Shown piece after piece: positions 14,168 to 27,744 of a stretch of 64,000 nt of DNA (positions are counted from its first letter, which is position 1; the number at the start of each line of letters is the position of its first letter). Source of the stretch: the human T2T-CHM13v2.0 reference genome, Homo sapiens. A program made the translations under genes and the position numbers. The stretch lies in the NCBI RefSeq assembly GCF_009914755.1, contig NC_060932.1, one strand, 5' to 3'. The notes beneath the pieces are model-generated. The model worked only from the letters and a program-made list of their open reading frames with translations, ran no database searches and was not told where the DNA came from.

Positions 14168-14329
14168 CTCTATAAGCATACTGTTTTTCTGTTTTCACTA
14201 CTCCTACTGCAACCATGCTTTCTTCTGCTTTTCTCTGCAAACATATTCAAGTAGATCCCTGCCAGCTAGACAATTAACACACTTTTTCTCTGGGAGAACA
14301 AAATGGTCTCACATTTCCAACAAACCTTT
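14168..14329 (+). repeat. Local direct duplication, copy 1 (partner 15488-15651)
   Basis: Colinear with copy 2, e.g. ccagctagacaattaa...actttttctctgggaga..aaatggtctcacattt.caacaaaccttt. Confidence 0.9.
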
Positions 14330-14410
14330 AATTACATTAATTACATTAAAAATTCAAGCCTCTGTATACTATTCTTGCCAAATCTTTTATCAATGTTAAT
14401 TGGTTGACAT

Positions 14411-14498
14411 TCCAAGTCAGCTGAAGTAAACATCCACCTCCCAGCCAATCCATGTATTACAGCTGAGTGTAGGATGTTTACATGAACTGAAACTTGGT
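14411..14498 (-). ncRNA. MIR30B: pre-miR-30b hairpin (5p 14482-14461; 3p 14444-14423)
   Basis: Reverse complement ACCAAGUUUCAGUUCAUGUAAACAUCCUACACUCAGCUGUAAUACAUGGAUUGGCUGGGAGGUGGAUGUUUACUUCAGCUGACUUGGA matches hsa-mir-30b. Apical UGU; CNNC (CAAC) 17 nt past the 3p end. Confidence 0.99.
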
Positions 14499-14699
14499 TT
14501 AAAGCAGGACTTAAACTCTTTACTAAGTTTGTACGGTTCTTTACGTAAGACTCTGTTGAAAAAAAGAACAGGCACAGCATTCACATAAATGAGGCAAGAC
14601 TCAATCGGAAAGATATCCTGAGAGAAAGTGTAGAATCCAAGGAAAAGGCAGAAGTGAGTTGGGTGTTTGTTTTTTTGGAAGTGGGGGCGTGTCCAGGGC

Positions 14700-14798
14700 A
14701 GTGGGGGGCACTACAGGCACGCTACTATGCCCGGCTAATTTTTCTTATTAATAAAATTTTTTTTAGAGACAAGGTCTCACTATATTGCCCAGGCTAGT
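14700..14798 (-). mobile_element. Alu fragment
   Basis: actacaggcacgc...cccggctaatttt...agagacaaggtctcactatattgcccaggctagt. Confidence 0.75.
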
Positions 14799-15487
14799 CA
14801 CAAACAAGTGATAACGTTTTTCACCAAAGGAATTTACAACAATAAATGCCGACATCCTGTAGTGTTCCATATCTAAATGTAGCTGATTATCCAGCCTTCC
14901 TATATCCTTCCCTTCAAAACAATCAAACTTGCATTTATAAGAACTTACTTGATGACCAGTATGATGCATCAACCAATCTTCATTAAGAAGATTCCTCCTT
15001 TAGGTAAAAGACAGTTAATGAAATACTGTGAGGAGCTTAGTCATCTCTCCTCCCCCTCAACCCTCTCCTCATCTTCTCCCCCACATTCAGAATTCAGATA
15101 ATTTCATCTCAGGCACATCTTTCCCACACTCTGATCTCTTTCCACCTTCTACTGTTCCCAGTGTCATTAAGGTGTCTCAAAGAAATGTCTCCCCCTCTTT
15201 TTGCATTCTTTCTGATTAAAAATATATTCCCACAAATATCTCCACTAACTATTATCAGTGGTCCTACCAACACACTTGCATCAAAGAAGAGGAAATCTTC
15301 AAATTTGGAAGTAAAACTACATATAATAACCACTGCCAGCAAACTTTAAAAATCTTTGGCATTTCACAGGTAACCCAGGACTTTCAGGAACCTCGCCAGT
15401 CTCTACCTAGTCTCTTGTCCCTTCGGGCTGTTTTCCAAAAGCATTGGTTCTCAAGATTAAATACACATATACCTCCCCGCCACCCCA

Positions 15488-15651
15488 CTCTACAACCATA
15501 CTGCTTTTCTGTTTTAACTACTTCTATTACAACCGTATTTTTTTCTTCTGCTTTTCTCTGAAAACACATTCAAATAGGCCCCTCCCAGCTAGACAATTAA
15601 TATACTTTTTCTCTGGGAGAAAAAATGGTCTCACATTTTCAACAAACCTTT
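15488..15651 (+). repeat. Local direct duplication, copy 2
   Basis: About 80-85% identical by eye to 14168-14329. Confidence 0.9.
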
Positions 15652-15764
15652 TTATAATCAAACTTCTGGATTAATACATGTTTTTAAGTTAAGGATTTTT
15701 CTGTTTTACTTCATGTATTAATTGGGCATAATATCTAGCAGGAAAAGAATGTAAGATGAGCTCT

Positions 15765-15955
15765 GTGATTCTGAAAGCATGGGCCTAGAGGAACAGCATC
15801 AGCAGTACTTGGGAACTGTGGGGGGAAAAGCACATTCTTATGTTCCACCCCAGACCTACTGAATCAGAAACTTTTTTTGCAGGGCCCAGCAATCTGTGTT
15901 TTAATCAATAAGCCCTCCAAGTAATTCTGATGCAAGCTGATATTGAACAGCAATG
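15765..15955 (+). mobile_element. MER5A hAT MITE
   Basis: cagcatcagc...ccccagacctactgaatcagaaact...aagccctccaagtaattctgatgc. Confidence 0.8.
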
Positions 15956-16196
15956 GACTGTTTCACCAAACCTGTTGGAAAGCTAAAGCAAAGACAGCAG
16001 TGAATGTCAAATTACTAGGAAGTTTGTAATATGGTACAGATAAGAAAAAGGCAATGCCAAAACATGTAGCATGGGTCCACCCACAATTAACCAGGCTAGG
16101 CAAAGTGTGGCAGAGACTATCTGAAACAGCCTTATTTTAAAAAGTAACTAAGCCCAAACTGATATTCAAACTAAAAAAAAGAAACAAAAATATTAC

Positions 16197-16241
16197 CTGA
16201 GCACACACAGCAAATAATGCACATTGATCCAATGAATAAAG
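16197..16241 (-). other. Candidate 45-nt exon between miR-30d and miR-30b
   Basis: Acceptor ctgtgattcccttctactcttgttacag| and donor CAG|GTAATA. Confidence 0.45.
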
Positions 16242-18766
16242 CTGTAACAAGAGTAGAAGGGAATCACAGAACATGCTCGATGCAATACCACATGCATGCT
16301 GGGGTTTATAGGTTCACAGTCCATTTCTGGGTAACCTCAAGCCCATGACTCATGTAGAAGGAACTGAGGTGTGGAGATCAATGAGAACAAGTCCAACAGT
16401 GTATTTATATGACTATTTCTAACCAAGAATATTTGTACAAAAGCATCTAATTTGAAATAAATTGGAAGACCCAATTTTGTAATTAGTTATTTGCTTTAAA
16501 AAGTTGTCCCTAAGTCATTTCAGACCATATACTCAGGATAAAATACTGTCATTTACAGAATGGTGTTCAGTAACTAAAAATGTTTTACTTTAAATATCAA
16601 TTGGTAGAACAAATCTTAAATAATAAGTAATTTCTGTGCTTTCTAAGTCCTATCAATGAATACCACAATTTTTTTCTTCAACACTAAGTTAAGGGCTAGG
16701 GAAACAAGTTATTACAGGCTTATTGACAAATACTGATGATCTAACATTTCAAGCCATTTGCTATAAATAATCAATTGCTAACCTTATAGGCCAATGGGAA
16801 GTTAGTGGTTCTTCAATATAAAAACATAAAGAAGCCATCTGAAAACTACTAAAAAAGGCTGTACCTATGTATTATACTATACTGAAGCAAGGGCATCCAG
16901 AATTAAAACTGACATCGTCTTTGATTCACCTCATTAGAGGCAGAATAATATAGAACAAATGTTACATAACACAGATTGCCCCATTAATCTGTAGCATCTA
17001 GGGATAACTGGCCTAGCTGGGCAGAGTATAACAGCTTTATTATAAAGAATGCCTACCCCCTCATTTAGCTTAGGTTTGGCCTTATCATTTTGAAAAACCT
17101 TTCAAATTTCACTGCATAAATTATGCATCCATCTTACTAAATTTTAAAGCAGTATATCAAAATTTTTCATAAGAAATAAACAGTGTCACCTGGTCAAACA
17201 AAATAATCCTATTACCACAGAACACATTACATTCTACCTTTGGCAGGGAAGACTTCTGAGCTCAGCAATAACTATCCTTTCACTGCTATTTGAGTCTAAG
17301 GTTTCCAATGTGCTAAAACAGAGGGCCACAGAATATGCAATAAATCTGCTTTATTTAGAGTTCATAGGAAGGGATGCTTGATGCATGCTAATCATCCAGC
17401 CTGAAAATTGTATTTACAAGTTGGAAAGCCACCTGAGTCTGAAGCAACTGACCCCCATCCCCAAATAAGTCTTATAAACTACTACTCTAACAAAAGAGCA
17501 TTTAAAAAATAAAAGCTGTAGCACAAATACATCTGGGGTAACTACATTATGACCAAAACTGTCATTTGCTCATCTGGATAAAAGATAAGAGGCAACAGTA
17601 GACACTGCTGCAATAAGATAATATAAAATCATTACTAAAGTACTATACATGCAAGGTGCTTTACTTGCTGTTTATAACAGGAAAAAATAGAATTATCAAG
17701 ATTTAATGTCTCTGACCTCAGAAAGCTTATAATCTAATCAAAGAAAATAAGCATGTAAATACATTAGATTGGCAAGACCTTTATCTTTTGGTGGTTTAAT
17801 CATGTATGGAACCTAACATAGTATGTTTAGCAGTTTAATAAAAATAAATGATTTAAAAAAACCAATGCTTTATTGAAAAGAAAAATGCCAATAAAATAGA
17901 AATGTTTTCCAGTGTCTGAAAGACTAACAGAAATAAAATAACAATTTTTTAAAACTCAGAAAATAGTTGCTATAAAATTATACATTATCAATTAGTCCAC
18001 ACTGAGTGTCATCTGTGAGAAAAGCCCTGGATTATTCAGATCTGTGGGGAAACACAAAAAATAGATACAATACAGCTGCTTTCAGGGCAGCTATATTTTA
18101 AGGAGGAAGCAATAAATCTGAAAGCAACAATCTGAAAATACTTAGGAAAAATATTAATATAAAAAGACATGCATACCCATTAGCAAATGTAAACAGGCTT
18201 AGTGGCTTGACGTCTTGCAGTTTTTCTTAGAGGAGAGTTCTGATTAGGAGCTGTAATATCACTCAGGGTGAGGGGAACAGGAAGTGGGGGGCTAAGAGGA
18301 CGGAGAAAAATGTTGCACACACATCTCTTTTAAGTATAGGGAAAGCTGAAATTTCTAGATTGCATACTGCTGGGTGGTAGTGATGAAATTATTCTCCAGA
18401 ACTTCCACAGAATTTACAATGGAGAAAATCAGTCTCCTGAATTGTTGGGATGTTAAACTCCAGCCTACTTGGAAAGGTTATAAAGACTAAAATTTCATTG
18501 ACAGGGCAGAAACAGGAATAGGCGGTGACACTTTTTATTTAACTAAATTCTCTAAGGCCCAGCAGCAGCACGCTAAGTCTGGGAAGCTCGAGACGGCATA
18601 TCCTGTTATTAGGAGAGCACCCTACATTCAACTATCATAATACGTGCACTGTCAGTGCAGTAAAAGAATGCAGCTAAAGATTTCTGAGGTTTTCCCACAC
18701 ATTTTATAGCCTCCTCAACTCCACTCCGGGACAGAATTATATCAAGAGGATGTCTGTGAATAGCCG

Positions 18767-18836
18767 GTAGCAGCAAACATCTGACTGAAAGCTTAGCTGT
18801 GTCTTACAGCTTCCAGTCGGGGATGTTTACAACAAC
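18767..18836 (-). ncRNA. MIR30D: pre-miR-30d hairpin (5p 18831-18810; 3p 18791-18770)
   Basis: Reverse complement reads GUUGUUGUAAACAUCCCCGACUGGAAGCUGUAAGACACAGCUAAGCUUUCAGUCAGAUGUUUGCUGCUAC, which I recognise as hsa-mir-30d. Mature UGUAAACAUCCCCGACUGGAAG; apical UGU; CNNC (CAUC) 18 nt past the 3p end. Confidence 0.99.
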
Positions 18837-19592
18837 AGACTTTCTGAACAAGAAATTTAAGAGGAGGAACAGACATAAATGTTGCCAGTCATCATCTTCA
18901 GCTAATAATTTATATAATTTCTAGTGCTGAACAATAGCTGTGACATCTTGAAACAAAAATGATAAAGTTAATGCTAATAATTAAAGAGAAAGTGGTTCAC
19001 CAAGTGCAATTTCTCCTAAATAAATCTAATTTTAAAAGAAAATACGCATTACAAATTTATCTTGGTAAGTATGAAACATTAAAGATATTACCCTGATATC
19101 CTACATGAGGATACATTTTTCCAACATATGCAAAAATAAGTTTTCTTCTGTTTTCTTCTCCCTAGAGTTTCAAAATAGTAAACACATTAGAATGATAACC
19201 CTAATGATCAGTGACCATACATTTCATGGATGCCTGCTGCCCTGACGTTATTGTTAAAAATGACTCCTTTTATTTAAAAAAGCGTTAATTTAGTTGACAA
19301 TGAATAGAGTGGGTTTTCCTGGCAGAGGATCTAAACTGAGTAAGAATCTAACACTTTCTTCCCCTGTCTCCAGCTGATTTAGGTTAGGGATGTACAGTTC
19401 AAGGAAATGAGCAAAACAAAGAGGATAATAAAAGAAACTCATGATCTTAAATTTGTTTATAAGGCAATATACTAAAACCATTTTGTTTCCACACCACTTT
19501 TCTGAAAGAAAGGAAAAAGACTAAGTGAAATATAAGTAAATCTGCATTCCATCAAAAACCAAGATTTGCTTTAATTTAAAATATGTAAAATT

Positions 19593-19907
19593 GCCAGGCA
19601 CAGTGGCTCATGTCTATAATCACAGCACTTTGGGAGGCCGAGGCAGGTGGATGGGTAGATCGCTTGAGTCCCGGAGTTCAAGACCAGCCTTGGGCTAAGT
19701 GGCAAAACCCTACCTCTAAAAACATACAACATATTAGCTGGGTGTGGTGGTGCATGCGGTCCCAGCTATTCGGGAGGCTGAGGTAAGAGGATCCCTGAGC
19801 TTGGGAGGTGGAGGCTGCAGTGAGCTGAGCTCATGCCACTGCACTGCAGCCTGGGCGACAGAGTGAGACCCTGTCTCAAAAAAAATAAAAATAAAAATAA
19901 AATAAAA
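19593..19907 (+). mobile_element. Alu (AluJ-like)
   Basis: Dimeric Alu with (TAAAA)n tail and TSD taaaatatgtaaa. Confidence 0.93.
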
Positions 19908-22900
19908 TATGTAAAGTAACCTTCTTTTGGGGAAAAAAACTATGAAAACAATTAAAGTCCACAATTAAGTCACAGTGATTTATGAAATGATTTAAGAAAT
20001 GAACATACATACATACATGAGCATGCATATGTACACACACACTCTACAGAATAACTACTGAAGAAAACCAATATACAAATTCTGAGAGACTATTAATTTC
20101 CTAATACCAAATTTTTTGAGAAACTATGAGAAAAGGATTTCAGTTGCTGATATTTACCCTGTGATAATATTTAACGGTTGCTCTCTGAAATACTTTTTGT
20201 TTAATGTTGTAAATAACTCTACCCATTATATAAATAATGCTGGAAATAATGAGGAAAGTACATGTGGTCTCTATGGATACAAGATGACCTTCACTGTTTT
20301 TGAAGAAAAATACTTTTTTAAAAAGTCCAGTGGCTATTTACAACAACAACTATTCAAACTGTACTACAACTGAAACTTTCCAGATTTAAATCAGGAAAAA
20401 AATAGCTATTTCATGCCTAGGTAGGCACATGATACTTGACTAATGAGGATGCTGCACATTAAGTTGCAATAAACCAGTTACCACAAGTCTCCAAATCTCC
20501 CCTTTAATTTACCTTCCTGTCCTCAGTTTAATTTTTTTAAAGACTGATCAAAAGACATTTTTATCAGAGCCACTGTATTTAACTCACACAAACAATACAT
20601 AGAATATTTTCTTCAGAGTTATGAAGGAATTTTGTCAAATGCTATGACTTTGTATAATATATTCTTGAGGAAACATGAAAATTAAATGTACAGAAGTTGA
20701 ATATTAAGTATATGTGATAAGAAACCCTATTATAAAATACCTTCTATCATTATAAAGTATCTTCTAGACACAATCTTTGTAATAATACACAGTAAGAAGG
20801 TAAAGTCTAATGAGGGGATAGCTGAAGCTAAAGGTTTACCATTTTTGGCATGCTTTATGATTTCCATCTTTGTCAAAAACATTACATATTTGCGGGTCAA
20901 TTTTCTATCAGCATTAGCATTTTACTTTTAACACATTTTTATAAAAATGGGCAAAACACACATGCATACATACAATCTGCTGTACAGACAAAAAAATGGA
21001 TATTACTGAGCTACTGACTGGAACAGTGCTACTGGTTCAGTAACTGGAAATGTTTGTCAATCTATCAAAAGCAGTTTATGAATATCCATATATAATGTAT
21101 GCCATGCCACATTTGCCACAGATTCTGTCCTACCACAGATGTCTCAAGTACAATGCTGAAACCAAGTTAGATACCTAAACACATCTCTTCCTATGTGACA
21201 ATCCAGAACGAATACAAGCCATTATCTCCCAAGAGTATTGTTGTAAGAGAGTTTTACTGGGTTTATAAAATTTTACCAGAATACATAAGAAAACAATTAA
21301 CAGGAAACAACATTTTGTAACTTAAGATAAATATTCTGGAAAAAAAAACCCTCAAATGAAGTAAAATTCTGAATTGGCCTAGATTTCGCATCCCTTAAAT
21401 CTATTAATTAGCTGAAATTCAGTGATGTCTAGGAAGGCTGTCAGAAATGGTTGGCTACAATTTGACTCTGAACTCTGAAATAAGGCAGGGCAGCTGGGAA
21501 GGTAAACACAAAGAGTAGTAGCAGGGTGGTGACAGGGAGAAAACACTTGGCAGAAGGCAAGAATTCACAAACCACCAGAAACCGACCATGGAGCAGAAAA
21601 TGCCCCCAATTACATGGAAAAAAAAAAAAACAAAAAACACAGATACTCCCAAAGAGACTCTATTCTTGTTTTCAATCCATTCAATAATAATTACCATTCT
21701 CTATATATCCAATGTTAAATAAATAGAGCAGAGACAAAAAGAAAAAGAAAACATTATCTAAATTAATAAACTTAATCTACTTGAAAAATTTATAAAATAG
21801 AAGGGTGTTTAGGACAGAAAGATGAAAAGGCTTCCTGTTCTATAAGGCTTATTTATCATTTACTCATTATTACTAACTGCCCTTTGTAACAAAAGCTTCA
21901 AAGTGTTTTTATACATTTTCTCATCCTCATGCAGTAACTACTTTTAAGGGTAGTAGCAGAGCAGATGATAATTCTATTTTACAGATGAAGAAGAAGGTAC
22001 AGATTGGAGAAACGATTTCGCTAAGCTCACATGAGTAAGGAGCTGAGAACAAATTGTGGTTTCCCTGACATGCACACGCACACATGCAGAAACGTATGTA
22101 GTATGTGTGTGGATGTGAACGCTAGGCCCTGGGAGAAACAAAGACGAGCAAGCCAAGGAGTCCAAGGAGGGCCTGTTCTGTGATTAACAATGCTCACTGC
22201 CTAGAAGGTTGAGACTAGGAGACCAGAGACTCAGCCTCCCAGGCTGCTGACTACCAGCTAGCTGTGGATTAGGAGCACAGCACTTACTCTTTTGCCTTTA
22301 TTTTCTTGACACACAAAATGAGGCTTAGGCAAAACAATTTTAATTCAGTGGGAAAAATACCAAATCCTGATCAGGCAGGCCCACTATCTAGGAACAACCA
22401 AGTACCTGGTGACTCTGAAGACATCTAAGCCCAGCACAATGAAGTCTGTAAGATCGTAGCAAGAGTCACAGGGAATGGTAACGTCTGCAGTCCCATCTAC
22501 TTTGCCGAATTCTGAAGACACCTGAAAACAACCAAATGGAACATGAAGATGAAAGCACTGTGAAACATACTGTCCAACAACAAAGTACACTTTAATCATC
22601 ACCATGACATCTTATTTGTACCGCATGCTCACACCTTTTATGTAACTAGATTTTTACAGTGATAACTGAGAAGTAGGCAAGATGGGTACCATTATCCCTG
22701 CTAAACCCAGCTATAATCAGTTCTGCTATAATAATGAATATCTGCTTTCTGAAGTATCCATTTCAGATGTTGTGACTATAAGACTCAAATTAATTATCAA
22801 ATCAAAGTTTGCCTAAGATACTATAAACAATCAAAATATATCCATACTGTGAAGGATTTGACAGCTAGACTGTTTTTAATCCTTCCCCTACTTCTGTCAC

Positions 22901-23072
22901 CTCTAACAGGAGCACGTCTCTTCTTGTGCTGTATGAGCACAGTTCAGATACAAATACCCTTTGGTGTTATTGGTGCTTAGACCTGTGAGGCAGAGAAACA
23001 CAGCTCCCCTTTCTCCACAATTCTGAACCAAGCATCATCATATACTCACACAGCACACAGCCTGATCTAGGC

Positions 23073-23256
23073 CAGTGGTTCTCAATGCACTCTCCTAACC
23101 AGCAGCGTCAGCATGGCTTAGGCAACTGTTACTAAAGTAATTCTCAGACCCCCACCACAGACCTACTCCATCCAAACTAGGGGGATGGGAGCCAGCAGTC
23201 TGTTTAACAAGTACTCCAGGTAATCCTGACCCATACAGAATCTTCAAAACCATTGA
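23073..23256 (+). mobile_element. MER5A hAT MITE
   Basis: cagtggttctcaa...agacctact...gtttaacaag...aaccattg. Confidence 0.75.
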
Positions 23257-23320
23257 TCTGAGCTTAGTCTATAGTCTCAATAACATGCCTAAAGCCTAAT
23301 CAACAACACAGCCTTGCCGT

Positions 23321-23435
23321 TAGGGTGACCAGTTTTCCTAAATAGTATTTTAAGAAATTGTTCTGGTTTGTCCGGGACTGTGAGGGTTCCTTGGACAAGA
23401 GATTTTGAGTTTTAAAACCAGGACAGTCCTAGGCA
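23321..23435 (+). mobile_element. MER96-like hAT MITE remnant
   Basis: agggtgacc...ctggtttgtccgggactg...aaaaccaggacagtcc. Confidence 0.5.
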
Positions 23436-25745
23436 AACAAGGATAATTTACCTTAATTGTGATTACAAATCAAAGCTGAAACAACTATTCACTTAAAATG
23501 GAGTGATGCTATTACAGACTAAATGCATATTGCATTTTGAGTGGAGGGCGATGGTAACATTAAAATCCTAGGATGCATGAATGGATAATTTTGTTTATCA
23601 TGTCGGTAAACTGTCTGCATAGGAATGCTTCAAACCTAGAGGGGAGGTGAAGTGGGACAGTGCTTTGAACAAAAGGATCAACTACTTTTTATTAAACTAT
23701 AGGGCATTCAGAATTTTTGTTTTCAAAATTCTCTGACCATAATTGAAACCGACAGTGAGTTGAATAGTAGCCAGTACCTTCCTAGATTCTTGAAACAGTG
23801 CCCACTCAAAGACCTAGGTCATAAATATAGTAAAATTTGTCACCACCAACACATAGAGCTAACTGAGTGTTAAGACCACTTAGAACAAGAGAATCTGAGT
23901 GGGTATGTAGCCCCACAGCACTCAGATAACTGAAAGGCAGAGATCCTAAACTCTGCTTTAGAGACTTAACTAAACACCATGAACTACACCCAAAACAAAA
24001 CTGATAACCACTATAGATTCTATAGTGCGTTCCATGATTCATACATACAATAATACATTTAAATTTCCAAGAATCCTGGAGGGTAGCACTATATAAACGC
24101 AACCTACGTTTCAGTAAGTATATTTAATTTTCAAAGTCCACACCTGGAGGAAAATTGCTAACTTCAGTCTCAATATATAAGCAAAAAGAGATTTCAGAAA
24201 ATAAGGATTGAAGAGACCTTAACTGTAAACCTCATTGACAGAGAATATGTGTATAATGTCCAACGGATGCCAGGCTCTGAAGCAATTCTTATTATGCACC
24301 TAATTTCAAAGCAGTTTTAATTTTCTGAAATGCATTTTCAAGCTTTTCTAGTAAATAATCTACTTCACGCTCTACTTGAGAAAAAGAATCCTCTTTACAG
24401 ACAAGTGAGATAAATGACTCTCCTACCAATTTATCCTTCATAAAGTCTGACTATTTATACTGTTTCCTGGAAGAGGCCACACCTGTTCCTTCAAATCCTT
24501 GTCCTTCCACTTATAACTAGCTATGTAATCTTGAGTAAGTCATTTAACCGCTCCACACCAGTTTCCCAATCTGTAAAATAAGAAAACCCTACAACATAAA
24601 AGAATAAAGCTCTCACAGAATAGTTGTGAATATTAAATAAAATTATGTGGGTACAAAAACATTTGAAAACAGTAATGCAATGTGCAGATGTTAAAAGCAT
24701 TTACAGATTGCAGCCACACTTTTTTGAAAACCTTCCCCCTGAAAGTCTGTATCTGAATAGTCTGCTGACCATGAGGGGCATAATCTGTGAGTACAACAGA
24801 GTTCTTCAGTTATATTTGACATGGTATTAACTAACATGGGGGGGAAATCAGTAACACTAGCTAGCACCTGAGTCACTCGCTACATCTTCTGAAAAAGTTT
24901 TAAACAGTAAAAGAAAAAAAAAAGCATCAAAAACACAGAAGAGAGAAACAACCGTCAGTTAATTAATAGAAGGAAATAGTACACAGGGACCAAAAACAAT
25001 TTAATTCTGAACAAAGCCAGTGAGATATGTGAGTGGAAAAAGAATGAGTATAAAATTATTAATTTCTTAATTCCCTAAACGTTTCAAAAGAAAGATGATG
25101 TGACAAATAGCTAGAGAATGAAGGAATGATCAGTAACAGAATTAAGATTATCGTTTTTATACTTCAAACAAATTTGACAAACATGAAACCATAAATGCTG
25201 AAGACTGGGAAGCACAACTGTAAACACGTCTCTGATGCAGGGAACTCAAAAGGGTACTCAGTCAATCCCAGGCAACAAAATTTGGAATATAAGGTGTGCA
25301 TCTGGATATAATTGGGGATATCTGCATAATTTCTAGTAAGAAAGGTAACAAAAACGCCAATAACCACAATACCATTATTCCCAGGTCAGAAAAAACAAGT
25401 ACTTCCATAGTGACAGAATGATAGGGGAAACAATGTATTTGGCAAGGACAGGCATGTCTGTTTCTCTTCAGCCTTTGAAATGACCAGCAAACACAGCATC
25501 CAGAGTCTCTCACAGCAGCAAAGTGATCACATGCAACCTTAATAGTATAATTCTATTAATGTTTTGAACTCCAACCCTAGAGCACCCATTCTTTTAAATA
25601 TCTTTAGGAATGATAATCTGATAGTCTACTGATAGGAAAGCAGTATTAGATACCAATTAAAAGCATGGGCTTTACAGTCTGACAGAACTAGGCCAAACAT
25701 TTGACTTTGTGAGTTTGAAAAAGTGGCTTTACTTTTCTGTGGCTA

Positions 25746-26074
<329 letters not shown>

Positions 26075-26308
26075 AAAATACCTATCTTGGAGGGTTATTA
26101 TGAGGATTGAATAAGATAATGTAATGATCATCAAATGCTAAGCTCAGAGGCAGGCACATAGCTAGTATGCAATAAATGGAAACAAAGATTCTTTACTTCC
26201 TCTTAACAACTTAATTCACATAGCTTTTACCATTTTCAATTCTTTATGTTTCACTTTTACAAATCCTATTTATCCTTCAAGGACCAGTTCAAATGCCAAA
26301 CTCTCTGA

Positions 26309-26658
<350 letters not shown>

Positions 26659-27325
26659 GTATTATAGATATGCAGCAACAAACAGTAAATACATGGTGCT
26701 TACTATCTCTGAGGCAATGTTCTAAGTGTTTTATATATATTAACTAATTTAATCCCCATAACAACACTATTAGGTAGGTACTAGTGTTATCTATCCTCTT
26801 TTTGTAAATGAGAAATGAGAGACAGAAAGCAATGTACCCAGAGTCACAAGAGCATTGGTAGACTGGCTTCAGAGCCTACTCTCTTACCTGTGCTGTACTG
26901 TCTGTGCTGTTAACTGAGAAGGATGATTAATTATTGCAAGGAGATATTCAAAGAACTGACAGCTTTATATTTAACACAGCTGGAGATGTTTTCTACACAG
27001 GCTAAAATCACTCACTTTGGATAGCTTATTCACCCTTTCACAGAAAATACTTGCAAAGTTCAGTTTCTTGATCTGCACAAAATAAAGATGAGAAAACAAT
27101 AATTCATACACAATCTGGTTGTATTTTTATATCGGTTTTATATTTTAGGCTGCTAACTTGTGTTCAATTTTCTCAGTTCAAATTTCTAAGATTCTGGCTG
27201 CCTTCTTCCTAAGGCCCAGGACATGGATAACCGAGATGGGCAGCCTTATCCTCATGTGACCAAAGAGACAGATAATACCAGATCACCTACCACATTAGAT
27301 TGCTAAAGCTATTGCCATCTAATTC

Positions 27326-27620
27326 TTTTTTTTGAAACAGAGTTTCACTGTTGTTGCCTAGGCTGCAGTGCAATGGCGCAATCTCAGTTCACTGCAACCT
27401 CCGCTTCCCCGTTCAAGTGATTCTCCTGCCTCAGCCTCCCAGGTAGCTAGGATTACAGGTGTGGGCCACCACGCCCAGCTAATGTTTTTGTATTTTTAGT
27501 AGAGACGGGGTTTCACCATGTTGGCCAGGCTGGTCTCCAACTCCTGACCTCAGTTGATCCACCTGCCTCAGCCGCCTCCCAAAGTGCTGGGATTAGAGGC
27601 GTGAGCCACCGTGCCTGGCC
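27326..27620 (-). mobile_element. AluS
   Basis: Antisense Alu with TSD tgccatctaattc. Confidence 0.93.
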
Positions 27621-27701
27621 TGCCATCTAATTCTTTATACAACTATAATATAGTCTTCAGGAATCACTAAATATTCTCAAAAAGGTATGCCGTTTTGATT
27701 T

Positions 27702-27703
<2 letters not shown>

Positions 27704-27740
<37 letters not shown>
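27704..27740. repeat. (CA)n microsatellite
   Basis: About 18 CA units. Confidence 0.97.

Positions 27741-27744
<4 letters not shown>

Noticed and set aside
16171-16196. GT...AG pair 26 nt apart on the minus strand
   Set aside because: Too short for a spliceosomal intron. At most the AG is an alternative acceptor, and I found no convincing partner donor.
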